Origin: Rhynchopus sp. YZ270_cl-10
Taxonomy: Eukaryota
NCBI GenBank assembly: GCA_964035575.1
Contig: OZ037835.1
Coordinates: 1,860,001 to 1,924,000, forward strand
Direction of reading: 5' to 3'
Length of the DNA stretch: 64,000 nt
Positions within the stretch are counted from its first letter, which is position 1. Each line of letters opens with the position of its first letter. The translations under genes were made by a program, and so were the position numbers. Of the stretch, positions 1 through 11,383 are shown piece by piece. The notes beneath the pieces were generated by a model, which searched no databases, was not told the DNA's origin, and saw only the letters and a program-made list of their open reading frames with translations.

Positions 1-988
1 AAACGTTTCACATGTATTGCACGGGATTGAGTTGGGGACTGTTTTCCGACAATAAATGTGTTTGTCGGATAGTACCTGTGTGAACGAAGTCTGCAGTGTT
101 GTGCTTCCTACGCTTCAGCCTAACATGTTTAGGTGGTCTTCTGCGGTACGAACGGCAGCGCACGACCGAGGCGAACCATCAGACACATGCCTTTGTGGTG
201 GCCCATCCGGGATGGTCACATCCTCTGCTACAAAGGAGAATGCAGGCAATGCAGACATCACCCTCACCTACACGACGGACTAGTTATGGCCATGACAGGT
301 GATATGACAGGTGGTGTTCCTAGTTATAAATATGACAGGTGATAATCTAATGTTACTAGTGATGTGACAGGTAGTACCTGTCATCTTACACTATGGACTC
401 GTAATGACATTACGCGCATCATGACGAGGTAATTACGAGTGCCTTGACGTGGGCACCCCTCGTAATTAAAGGATAATGCAGGCATCACCTTTACCAATGG
501 CACGATGCGACCTACTCTAACGAAGAGGGGAGCAGTGCTAGGTGCTGCAGTTCCGTGGTGCAGCTGTCGCGACGGTTTGCGTTTCCCTTTGCTGGTCGGG
601 CGGTATAGTGTGTTGTGTAAGGAGGCCCTGCGATGAACGTCCTGAGCTCGCTTGATACAAACGGAGACTGCTACAGCGAAGCGATCGCATGTCCACGCTG
701 CGGGGTATTTACTTAACGTTCTACGCCACCTTGTCCTCCAGGGACCTAGTGGCCACGTGCCCATCCGCATGACGCTTGTCTACTGTGTACAGGAAACAGC
801 GTTGCGGTGCACTACCTTCCGTGGAATGTCGGTTATGTGGGAACAGCTTTGTGCTAAACGCGGAGAGGAGTTCGTGTGTAACACAAACAGTGAGGGATGT
901 GGGGGTGAAGGAGGCGTGCATGGTGCACCTTGCACCGTCTGGGGTACAAACCAACACAAAAGACACAGCAACAATACACAAACACACA

Positions 989-2660
989 ATGCCGAAGCGA
1001 CACGCAGACAGCACGCAGGACGAGAACCCACGAAAGAGAAGACAGCTTTCTGCAGACGAGGTCTTCGTGGAGGCTGCCAGGAACGGCGACACGGCTGCCG
1101 TGCGGGCGTTCCTTGAAGAGGAGTTCAACCCTTACAGAAAAGCAGTGGCCTTCGATGCTGCACACGAGGCATGCAGAGGGAACCACGATGAATGCCTCAC
1201 ACTGCTTCTTCCGTATGTTGAGACAACGCAGATGGGCTTTGGGATCCTGCTGAGTGAGTGTGTCCACGCAGACCACGTTGCGTGCACGGAGGTCCTCTTG
1301 CAGCATTGGAAGTCTGTCTGCAACAAAGTGTCGTTTGTCAGGCACGATGCCAGACACAGCACAGGTCAGTCAGCGAGTCTCTGTCCGGCCATGTGGTCAG
1401 ACCCTGCAGTGTGTCGCGTCTTGATTGATGCAGGTGCAGACTTACATACAAAAAATGAGATGGAACAGTCGCCTCTGCACTATGCTTGCGCTTCAGGAGC
1501 ACTTGACGTTGTGAAGATGTTGGTTGAAGCAGGTGCGGGAGTGCGTGACACAAATGACAAAGGATGGACGTGTCTCCACGTTGCGGCACGTTTTGGACGC
1601 ATCGAGACTGTTCGTTATCTTGCGGGCTTGCCAGAGGACGATTTGAATTTCGAAGACAGTGACAACCACACTGCGTTGCACTTAGCCGTGTGTGAGAAGC
1701 TCACAGACGTGGTGCAGGTGCTGATTGATGCAGGTGCAGACATCGATACGGTGAACAAAGACGGATGGGCGCCCCTGGAATCTGCTTGCGAATATGGACC
1801 ACTTGACGTTGTGAAGATGTTGGTCGAAGCAGGTACAGGACTACGAGACACAAGTGACGGAAGATGGACGTGTCTCCAGATTGCGGCGTGGTTTGGACAA
1901 ACCGAGACTGTTCGCTATCTTATGGGCTTGCCATTTGTTGATATGAATCACCGAGACGGGAACAACCGCACTGCGTTGTGTGTTGCCGTGTGTGAAGAAC
2001 ACACAGACATTGTGCAGGTGCTGATTGGTGCAGGTGCATACACTGACACACAGAACAACGAGGGATGGTCGCCTCTGCACTCTGCTTGCCTTACAGGGAC
2101 ACTTGACGTTGTGAAGATGTTGGTCAGAGCAGGTGCAGAAATGCGTACCACAGACAACGAAGGATACACGTGTCTCCACGGTGCGGCACGCTATGGAAAG
2201 ACCGAGATTGTGCGCTATCTTGCGGGCTTGCCAGAGGTGGAACTGAATTACAGAGATGATGAGAACGACACTGCGTTGCACTGTGCCGTGGAAGAAGAAC
2301 GCACAGACGTGGTCCAGGTGCTGATTGATGCAGGTGCAGACCCCCAACACACAGAACCACGCAGGACGGTCGCCTCTGCACTATGCTTGCGCTTCAGGAG
2401 CGCTTGACCTTGTGAAGATGTTGGTCAGAGCAGGTGCGGGAGTGCGTGCCACAAATGACAAAGGACGCACATGTCTTCACGTTGCGGCAGAGCCTGGACA
2501 CATCGACATTGTGCGCTATCTTGCGGGCTTGCCAGAGGTGGAACTGAATCACCGAGACACTGAAAAGAACTACACTGCGTTGCAGTATGCGGTGCAGGAA
2601 AAGCACATGGACGTTGTACAGGTGTTGCTTGATGCACTGTATGTTGTGTTTGGAGTTTAA
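989..2660 (+). pseudogene. Ankyrin-repeat protein, array copy 1 (4 x 100-aa ankyrin triplets), with a +1 frameshift near 2341-2347
   Basis: ATG at 989 (MPKRHADSTQDENPRKRRQL) matches the paralogues. Repeats SPLHxAC/TCLHVAA/TALHLAV are present. The frame shifts at gcagacccccaacac (paralogous repeats read gcagacatcgacac), and the conserved ...DALYVVFGV* end lies in the 2325-2660 frame. Could be a homopolymer sequencing error. Confidence 0.85.
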
Positions 2661-3752
2661 GACATGCTCACGTACCTCGCGACTTCGACCCCACCTGCGT
2701 GTGTTAGCTGCTCTGGAGGTGGTGGTGTTTCAGTTGTACTGGGATGCTTTTATGGAACAGATGTTATTCTCCTCCCCGTAAACACCACTTTCAATGAGAA
2801 AAAACTATTTTATTCTCCTTTTTTCTTCCACATTCACTGATTTTTGTGTTCGCTAATTTTTAAATCAAAAAGCTTTGTCATCCCTGAGTTGGGTAGCCCT
2901 GTGTTAAAAAGCCAATTTCCTTCTACCCTCATAGCAAGAATCATGCTTTTAACAACTCTTTGCCTGCCCCTTTTTCCCCCTCTCGATGGTTTTTGTGTTT
3001 GCTCATTTTTATCAAAAAGCTTTCCCTCCGCTAACCAGCGATGTGTCTGCCAACCTTCTTCGTGTGCGTCGTAAACCCTTTCCTCGACCATCTCAGTGGC
3101 GATGCGAGGCCTCTTGGCAGGCCCTTTCCTCGTCAGGAAGGTGTCGTTCTTCAGGAACACAACCACACACTAGTATAGTTGTTCTTACTCCCGCAGCACA
3201 TTGTCGTCCTCAGGCATCCATGTCTCCGTCCCCGGCACTGGCAGTATCACACATCCTACTCGTAGTCTCGATGTCACAACGAAACTCAACCAGAATGTCC
3301 AGAATTTCTGGACATTTGAAAATGCTGTTTGCTCTGCTTCTTCGTTCCCTCATGCAGGTGGCGGGACATTGAACCTTTCAGGCTTGACTAGCAGACACAA
3401 TAGCCCTTCCTGTTTGTCCGTTGGGTTGAGTGCAAGAATATCAAGAACTCCCGAAAAATGCGCAAGCAGCCGATTTTTCTTTGCGTTGCTCAAAGACTCT
3501 CACATGATGAAATACGTGACGTGCATTGTGTGCTGTGCCCACATGGACGCATCTGCATTGTGTGTTCTTGCAAAGTGCTCTTCCCCACAAACCCCCACGT
3601 GGAGGTGTCATGTTGTTGTGTGTGACGTATCCGTGCATTTCGTTCCTCACAGGGTGTGTTGTACGTGTGTTCTTCGTCCTCTCTCCTCACCCACAACATC
3701 TGCACAAAAAGAGACCAACACAAAAGACACAACAACAATACACAAACGCACA

Positions 3753-5126
3753 ATGCAGGAGCGACACGCAGACAGCACGCAGGACGAGAACCCACGAAAG
3801 AGAAGACAGCTTTCTGCAGACGAGGTCTTGGAGGAGGCTGCCAGGAACGGCGACACGACTGCCGTGCGGGCGGGACTTGAGGAGTTGAACCCAAACAGAA
3901 AAGCAGTGGCCTTCGCACGAGGTGCTGCGCACGAGACATGCAGAGGGAACCACGATGAATGTCTTGCACTGCTTCTTCCGTATGTTGAGACAACGCAGAT
4001 GGGCTTTGGGATCCTGCTGAGTGAGTGTGTCCACGCAGACCACGTTGCGTGCACGGAGGTCCTCTTGCAGCATTGGAAGTCTGTCTGCAACAAAGTGTCG
4101 TTTGTCCCGCACGAGGCCAAACACAGCTCAGGTCAGTCAGCGAGTCTCTGTCCGGCCATGTGGTCAAACCCTGCAGTGTGTCGCGTCTTGATTGATGCAG
4201 GGGCAGACTTACATACAAAAAACGAGAAGCAAGAGTCGCCTCTGCACTACGCTTGTGAATCAGGAGCACTTGACGTTGTGAAGATGTTGGTTGAAGCAGG
4301 TGCGGGAGTGCGTGACACAAATGATGAAGGATGGACGTGTCTTCACGTTGCTGTGCAGTTTGGACACACCGAGACTGTTCGTTATCTTATGGGCTTGCCA
4401 TTTGTTGATATGAATCACCGAGACAGTGACAACCGCACTGCGTTGTGCGTTGCCGTGGATGAAGAACGCACAGACATTGTGCAGGTGCTGATTGATGCAG
4501 GTGCAGACATCGACACACAGAACAACGAGGGATGGTCGCCTCTGCACACTGCTTGCGAATATGGAGGACTTGACATTGTGAAGATGTTGGTCAGAGCAGG
4601 TGCGGGAGTGCGTGCCACAGACAACCTAGGATGGACGTGTCTTGCACATGCGGCACGCTATGGACACACCGAGACTGTGCGCTATCTTGCGGGCTTGCCA
4701 GAGGTGGAACTGAATTACAGATATCATGACAACGACACTGCGTTGCACTTAGCAGTGGATGAGAATCGTACAGACGTTGTGCAGGTGTTGATAGATGCAG
4801 GTGCAGACATCGACATTAAGAACTACGCGGGACGTTCGCCTCTGCATTGTGCCTGCGCTTCAGGAGCACTTGACCTTGTGAAGATGTTGGTCAGAGGTGG
4901 TGCAGGAGTACGTGCCAGAAATGTCAAAGGACGCACGTGTCTTCACCTTGCGGCAGAGCTTGGACACACCGAGACTGTGCGCTATCTTGTGGGCTTGCCA
5001 GAGGTGGAACTGAATCACCGAGACACTGAAAAGAACTACACTGCGTTGCAGTATGCGGTGGAGGAAAAGCACACAGAAGTTGCACAGGTGTTGATTCATG
5101 CACTGTATGTTGTGTTTGGAGTTTGA
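3753..5126 (+). CDS. Ankyrin-repeat protein, array copy 2 (457 aa, 3 triplets)
   Basis: Ankyrin consensus repeats. Start assigned by homology (MQERHADS...). Ends ALYVVFGV-TGA. Confidence 0.9.
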   Translation: MQERHADSTQDENPRKRRQLSADEVLEEAARNGDTTAVRAGLEELNPNRKAVAFARGAAHETCRGNHDECLALLLPYVETTQMGFGILLSECVHADHVACTEVLLQHWKSVCNKVSFVPHEAKHSSGQSASLCPAMWSNPAVCRVLIDAGADLHTKNEKQESPLHYACESGALDVVKMLVEAGAGVRDTNDEGWTCLHVAVQFGHTETVRYLMGLPFVDMNHRDSDNRTALCVAVDEERTDIVQVLIDAGADIDTQNNEGWSPLHTACEYGGLDIVKMLVRAGAGVRATDNLGWTCLAHAARYGHTETVRYLAGLPEVELNYRYHDNDTALHLAVDENRTDVVQVLIDAGADIDIKNYAGRSPLHCACASGALDLVKMLVRGGAGVRARNVKGRTCLHLAAELGHTETVRYLVGLPEVELNHRDTEKNYTALQYAVEEKHTEVAQVLIHALYVVFGV

Positions 5127-6192
5127 GACATGCTCACGTACCTCGTGGCTTCTACCACCCTCCTGCGTGTGTTAGCTGCGCTGGTGGTGGTGAACTGGGA
5201 TGCTTTTTGTTGCAAGGCCACCCTGAGGTGGGTAGCCCTGTGTTAAAAAGCCAATTTCCTTCTACCCTCATAGTAAGAATCATGCTTTAAACAACTCTTT
5301 GCCTGCCCCCTTTTTCCCCCCACTCGATGGTTTTTGTGTTTGCTCGTTTTTATCAAAAAGCTTTCCCTCCGCTAACCAGCGATGTGTCTGCCAACCTTCT
5401 TCGTGTGCGTCGTAAACCCTTTCCTCGACCATCTCAGTGGCGATGCGAGGCCTCTTGGCAGGCCCTTTCCTCGTCAGGAAGGTGTCCTTCTTCAGGAACA
5501 CAACAACACACTACAGTGTGGGCGGGCATTCCTCCGTTTTATAGTTGTTCTTTGTCCTGCAGCACATTGTCGGCCTCAGGTATCCATGTCTCCTTTGCTC
5601 ACGTCCCCGGCACTGGCAGTATCACACATCCTGCTCGTAGTCTCGATGTCACAACGAAACTCAACCAGAATGTCCAGAAAATGCTGCTTGCTCTGCTTCT
5701 CCGTTCCCTCATGTAGCTGGCGGGAGCTTGAACCCTTCAGGCTTGACTGGCAGGCGCAATAGTCCCTTCTTCAGCCCCATACTCCTGTTTGTCCTTGGGT
5801 TGAGTGCAAGAGTCTCAAGAACTCCCGAAAAATGTGCAAGCAACGATTATCCCCAGTGTTCCTCTCAGCTGTTGTTTACAATTCGAAAATAGCACTCTCA
5901 ATGTGTACACTATGGTGAGGATGTGATGAGCCACTAGAGGAGTGATACCGCTTTCCTCCACTGGCCTAAATTTCAACCAAGAAAAAGAAAGCCCACTTGT
6001 CGTCGTACCTCTCAAAGACTTTCTCATATGATGAATGACGTGACGTGTAATTGTGTGCTGTGCCCACATGGACGCATCTGCATTGTGTATTCGTGTGTGT
6101 TGCATGTGTGTTCTTCGTCCTCTCTCCTCACCCACAACCTCTCACAAAAAGAAACAAACATAAAAGACACAGCAACAACACACAGAGACACA

Positions 6193-7572
6193 ATGCCGAA
6201 GCGACATGCAGACAGCACGCAGGACGAGAACCCACGAAAGAGAAGACAGCTTTCTGCAGACGAGGTCTTCGTGGAGGCTGCCAGGAACGGCGACATCACT
6301 GCCTTGTGGGCGGTACTTGAGGAGTTAGAAGAGGAGTTCAACCCTTACAGAAAAGCAGTGGCCTTCGATGCTGCGCACGAGGCATGCAGAGGGAACCACG
6401 ATGAATGCCTCACACTGCTTCTTCCGTATGTAAAGACAACGCAGATGGGCTTTGGGATCCTGCTGAGTGAGTGTGTCCACGCAGACCACGTTGCGTGCAC
6501 GGAGGTCCTCTTGCAGCATTGGAAGTCTGTCTGCAACAACGTGATGTTTGTCCCGCACGATGCCAAACACAGTGCAGGTCAGTCAGCAAGTCTCTGTCCG
6601 GCCATGTGGTCAGACCCTGCAGTGTGTCGCGTCTTGATTGATGCAGGGGCAGACTTACATACAAAAAACGAGATCGAACAGTTGCCTCTGCACTATGCTT
6701 GTGAATCGGGAGCACTTGACGTTGTGAAGATGTTGGTTGAAGCAGGTGCGGGAGTGCGTCTCACAAACGGCGAAGGATGGACGTGTCTCCACGTTGCGGC
6801 ATATTCAGGACACATCGAAACTGTGCGCTATCTTGCGGGCTTGCCAGAGGTTGATGTGAATCACCGAAACAGTGACAACCACACTGTGTTGCACTTAGCC
6901 GTGGATGAAGAACACACAGACGTGATGCAGGTGCTGATCGATGCAGGTGCATACATCTCCACACAGAACTACGACGGACTTTCGCATCTGCACTATGCTT
7001 GCAGTTGGGGAGCACTTGACGTTGTGAAGATGTTGGTCAGAGCAGGTGCGGAAGTGAGTGCCACTGATGACGCAGGATGTACGTGTCTTATCTTTGCGGC
7101 ACGCTATGGAAACACCAAGATTGTGCGTTATCTTGTGCGCTTGCCAGAGGTGGAACTGAGTGACCGGGATGTTGACAACGACACTGCGTTGCACTTAGCG
7201 GCGAAGGGCAATCATACAGACGTTGCGCAGGTGTTGATTGATGCAGGTGCAGACATCGACGCAGTGAACAACTTCGGCTGTTCGCCTCTGCACTCTGCTT
7301 GCGCTTCAGGAGCACTTAGCATTGTGAAGATGTTGGTCAGAGCAGGTGCGGAAGTGCATGCCACAAATGACAAAGGACGCACGTGTCTTCACCTTGCGGC
7401 AGAGCTTGGACACACCGAGACTGTGCGCTATCTTGTGGGCTTGCCAGAGGTGGAACTGAATCACCGAGACACTGAAAAGAACTACACTGCGTTGCAGTAT
7501 GCGGTGGAGGAAAATCGCAAAGAAGTTACACAGGTGCTGCTTGATGCACTGTATGTTGTGTTTGGAGTTTAA
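6193..7572 (+). CDS. Ankyrin-repeat protein, array copy 3 (459 aa)
   Basis: Paralogous start MPKRHADS, 9 canonical ankyrin repeats, same C-terminus. Confidence 0.9.
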   Translation: MPKRHADSTQDENPRKRRQLSADEVFVEAARNGDITALWAVLEELEEEFNPYRKAVAFDAAHEACRGNHDECLTLLLPYVKTTQMGFGILLSECVHADHVACTEVLLQHWKSVCNNVMFVPHDAKHSAGQSASLCPAMWSDPAVCRVLIDAGADLHTKNEIEQLPLHYACESGALDVVKMLVEAGAGVRLTNGEGWTCLHVAAYSGHIETVRYLAGLPEVDVNHRNSDNHTVLHLAVDEEHTDVMQVLIDAGAYISTQNYDGLSHLHYACSWGALDVVKMLVRAGAEVSATDDAGCTCLIFAARYGNTKIVRYLVRLPEVELSDRDVDNDTALHLAAKGNHTDVAQVLIDAGADIDAVNNFGCSPLHSACASGALSIVKMLVRAGAEVHATNDKGRTCLHLAAELGHTETVRYLVGLPEVELNHRDTEKNYTALQYAVEENRKEVTQVLLDALYVVFGV

Positions 7573-8200
7573 GACATGCTCACGTACCTCGTGCCTTCTA
7601 CCCCCACCTGCGTGTGTTAGCTGCTCTGGAGGTGGTGGTGTTTCAGTTGTACTGGGATGCTTTTATTGTGAACGAGATAAAACAAAGAGCTTGCGTTTCT
7701 TTTATGGAACAGATGTTATTCTCCTCCCCGTAAACACCACTTTCAATGAGAAAAAACCATTTTCTTCTCCTTATTTCTTCCACATTCACTGATTTTTGTG
7801 TTCGCTAATTTTTAAATCAAAAAGCTTTGTCATCCCTGAGTTGGGTAGCCCTGTGTTAAAAAGCCAATTTCCTTCTACCCTCATAGCAAGAATCATGCTT
7901 TTAACAACTCTTTGCCTGCCCCCTTTTTTCCCCCTCTCGATGGTTTTTGTGTTTGCTCATTTTTATCAAAAAGCTTTCCCTCCGCTAACCAGCGATATGT
8001 CTGCCAACCTTCTTCGTGTGCGTCGTAAACCCTTTCCTCGACCATCTCAGTGGCGATGCGAGGCCTCTTGGCAGGCCCTTTCCTCGTCAGGAAGTATTCG
8101 TGTGTGTTGCATGTGTGCCCTTCGTCCTCTCTCCTCACCCACAACCTCTGCACAAAAAGAAACCAACACAAAAGACACAGCAACAATACACAAACACACA

Positions 8201-9685
8201 ATGCCGAAGCGACACGCAGACAGCACGCAGGACGAGAGCCCACGAAAGAGAAGACAGCTTTCTGCAGACGAGGTCTTGGAGGAGGCTGCCAATACGCCTA
8301 CCGTACTGGCGTTCCTTGAGAGGTTCGACAGACTCTTTGAAGACGACGTTCCTGTCAGCCTCCACGAAGACGAGGCCTTCGTGGAGGCTGCCAGGAACGG
8401 CGACATCATTGCATTGCGGGCGGGACTTGAGGAGTTTGAGGAGTTCAACCCAGACAGAAAGGCAGTGTCCTTCGATGCTGCGCACGAGGCATGCAGAGGG
8501 AACCACGATGAATGCCTCACACTGCTTCTTCCGTATGTTGAGACAACGCAGATGGGCTTTGGGATCCTGCTGAGCGAGTGTGTCCACGCAGACCACGTTG
8601 CGTGCACGGAGGTCCTCTTGCAGCATTGGAAGTCTGTCTGCAACAAAGTGTCGTTTGTCAGGCACGAGTCCAAACACAGTGCAGGTCAGTCAGCGAGTCT
8701 CTGTCCGGCCATGTGGTCAGACCCTGCAGTGTGTCGTGTCTTGATTGATGCAGGGGCAGACTTACATACAAAAAACGAGATCGAACAGTCGCCTCTGCAC
8801 TATGCTTGTGAATCAGGAGCACTTGACGTTGTGAAGATGTTGGTTGAAGCTGGTGCGGGAGTACGTGCCACAAATGACAAAGGGTGCACATGTCTTTACG
8901 TTGCGGCAGAACTTGGGCACATCGAGACTGTTCGTTATCTTGTGGGCTTGCCAGAGGTGGAACTGAATCACCGAGATGATGACAACGACACTGCGTTGCA
9001 CTTAGCAGTGCTTGAAGAACGCACAGGCGTGGTGCAGGTGCTGATTGATGCTGGTGCAGACATCGACACACAGAACAACGAGGGATGGTCACCTCTGCAT
9101 GCTGCTTATGCACATGGAGGACTTGGCATTGTGAAGATGTTGGTCAGAGCAGGTGCGGGGGCGAGTGCCACAAATGATATACGACGGACATGTCTTCACG
9201 TTGCGGCAGAATTTGGAAACATCGATATTGTGCGCTATCTTTTGTGCTTGCCAGAGGTGGAACTGAATCAGGGAGATGATGACAACGACACTGCGTTGCA
9301 CTTAGCAGTGGGTGAAGAACGCACAGACAATGTGCCGGTGCTGATTGATGCAGGTGCAGATGTCGACGCACAGAACCGCGCTGGATGTTCGCCTCTGCAC
9401 TCTGCTTGCGCTTGTGAATCAGGATCACTTGACATTGTGAAGATGTTGGTCAGAGCAGGTGCGGGAGTGCGTGCCACAAATGACAAAGGACGCACATGTC
9501 TTCACCTTGCGGCAGAGCTTGGACACATCGACATTGTGCGCTATCTTGTGGGCTTGCCAGAGGTGGAACTGAATCACCGAGACACTGAGAAGAACTACAC
9601 TGCGTTGCAGTATGCGGTGGAGGAAAAGCACATAGACGTTGCACAGGTGTTGATTGATGCACTGTATGTTGTGTTTGGAGTTTGA
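8201..9685 (+). CDS. Ankyrin-repeat protein, array copy 4 (494 aa, with an N-terminal insert)
   Basis: Paralogous start and end. Extra segment NTPTVLAFLERFDRLFEDDVPVSLHEDEAFVEAA. Confidence 0.9.
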   Translation: MPKRHADSTQDESPRKRRQLSADEVLEEAANTPTVLAFLERFDRLFEDDVPVSLHEDEAFVEAARNGDIIALRAGLEEFEEFNPDRKAVSFDAAHEACRGNHDECLTLLLPYVETTQMGFGILLSECVHADHVACTEVLLQHWKSVCNKVSFVRHESKHSAGQSASLCPAMWSDPAVCRVLIDAGADLHTKNEIEQSPLHYACESGALDVVKMLVEAGAGVRATNDKGCTCLYVAAELGHIETVRYLVGLPEVELNHRDDDNDTALHLAVLEERTGVVQVLIDAGADIDTQNNEGWSPLHAAYAHGGLGIVKMLVRAGAGASATNDIRRTCLHVAAEFGNIDIVRYLLCLPEVELNQGDDDNDTALHLAVGEERTDNVPVLIDAGADVDAQNRAGCSPLHSACACESGSLDIVKMLVRAGAGVRATNDKGRTCLHLAAELGHIDIVRYLVGLPEVELNHRDTEKNYTALQYAVEEKHIDVAQVLIDALYVVFGV

Positions 9686-9799
9686 GACATGCTCACGTAC
9701 CTCGTGACTTCGGCTCAGCTGCGTGTGTAACTGGTGGTGTTTCATGTTATTTTCCCCACCCCAACCTTTGTTGTAAAATACCTCAAACAAAGCAAAGTT

Positions 9800-10223
9800 T
9801 GGTGTGGCTGAAGGGGTCTGATTCGCACTTTTCCGCACTTTCTCGCACTTTTTCCGCACCTATTCGCACTTTTTCCGCATTTTTTCCGCACTTGTTCGCA
9901 CTTTTAGCATGTAGGCTTGCTGACTGTCTTTGCCAAATACACAGGCACACAGGTACACAGGTACAGGTACGGTAGGTACCCACAGAATACTGTGTACTGT
10001 AGGTACTGTGTACCTGTGTACCTACACAGGTACACAGACACAGTCAGCAAGCCAACATGGTAAAAGTGCGAATAAGTGCGGAAAAGTTCGAAAACCGTAC
10101 CTACAGTACCTACAGTGCACAGTGTTCAACTTTTACAAGGTGGGAAAAAAATTTTGGGGGGCTGATTCGCACTTTTTCCGCACTTTTTCCGCACTTAATG
10201 CTCCCCCCCGTTCAGCCACACCA
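9800..10223. mobile_element. MITE-like element, 13-bp TIR TGGTGTGGCTGAA, 5-bp TSD AAGTT
   Basis: TIRs at 9800-9812 and 10211-10223. AAGTT at 9795-9799 and 10224-10228. Internal ~46-bp inverted repeat and ttttccgcac repeats. Confidence 0.75.
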
Positions 10224-11114
10224 AAGTTCTTGTGCACATCTTTGTATGTGTTCAAGAACTTTGTTGTCAGACCGGCCTTGCCGCCACATCCTAGTAGGGA
10301 GTTGTGCTGTCTGTATACTACTTTGGGATACTCATGTTGTGTTTTTTGTTTATTTTGTTATTTTCCTTTTCTTTGTAATTTTATTCTCCTGGTACGGGTC
10401 ATCTGGGCAAGCGTCGCTCAACCAATGATACGTGGACGCCGTTATTTATTACGCCAGATACAAGTTAGAATATCACGTTTTCATTTTCTTTTCAGCTGAT
10501 TTTCCTTTTCTAGTGTTTGTCGACCAGTGGTTGTTTCTCGGTAACTGATCATTATTTGAATTCACCACGACTCTTTGGTCCTTATTCATGTCGGTTCTCG
10601 GTCCTCGTACTTTTTAGGGCTACATGCTTTATGTACTATTTATAATATTATGTAGTTATGTATTTTCCAAGTAGACCCGACTACCCGATGTTTTACATCA
10701 TTTTCTTTTACTTTTAATCCTACCTTTTAGCGAAAAACACCCCCACCCTCCCCAATACAGAAATCTGTTTTTGTCAGACTGCCCCCCTGTTTTGGATACG
10801 GAGTGCCTTTTGTTTTAAATAAAAAGTATTTTATTGCTTTTATCTATTCAAAAAAAAACATATTTATTTATCAAAAACCCCAACCTTTGTGTGTAGCAAC
10901 ACCTGTATAGTTCCCTGTTTCCTTTTTACCCCCACCCCTCCCATTAGATACATGTTGCCAAACCCCTTTTATGTAAATTCCAAATCTTCCCCCTCACAGA
11001 AAACGCAATGAGTAAGACAAGGAGGCGTTATATATCTGTGGGCGTCGGCCTAAAAGTAAGCGACGGAGGAGAGAAACCGTCAAGGACTACGTTTCACCCC
11101 CATTGTTGTTCCCA

Positions 11115-11333
11115 CCCCCTCCCCTACGAGTTCCATGGGGGTCGCTACTGGCGTTAATCAACCTATCAAAAAAGGCTACAAGAGACAAAACAAAAGTAAC
11201 AAGAACGGAACTTCGTATTGTAAAAAGAATTCCCCATCTCGCCTCTTACTTCCCTCCAGAACCAGCTGGGCACCAATACTGGAAATACAGTAAAACCACA
11301 CAGTCTAAATTTTCCCCTGTCTCTCCCGTGTTA
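11115..11333 (+). repeat. Dispersed repeat; diverged inverted copy at ~19125-19360
   Basis: Shared blocks such as acaagaacggaacttcgtattgtaaaaagaa and ccctccagaaccagctggg occur on opposite strands. Confidence 0.8.
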
Positions 11334-11383
11334 CTGGGGGGCTAATACAAGAGGGTAGGGCCACCTGAACTTTGGAGTTTTAA

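Noticed and set aside
288..384. Short atgacaggt repeats with a small palindrome
   Set aside because: Too short and irregular to assign; possibly the end of an element that extends outside the window.
2834..3166. Small antisense gene repeated in ankyrin spacers
   Set aside because: Its recurrence is explained by the tandem duplication, its ends differ between copies, and it has no recognisable domain.
3201..3752. N-terminal extensions of ankyrin and LRR ORFs in the ORF track (also 7796-8200, 46681-47304 and others)
   Set aside because: They use non-ATG or non-conserved starts, and the frame is not kept across paralogues; homology begins at the shared ATG.
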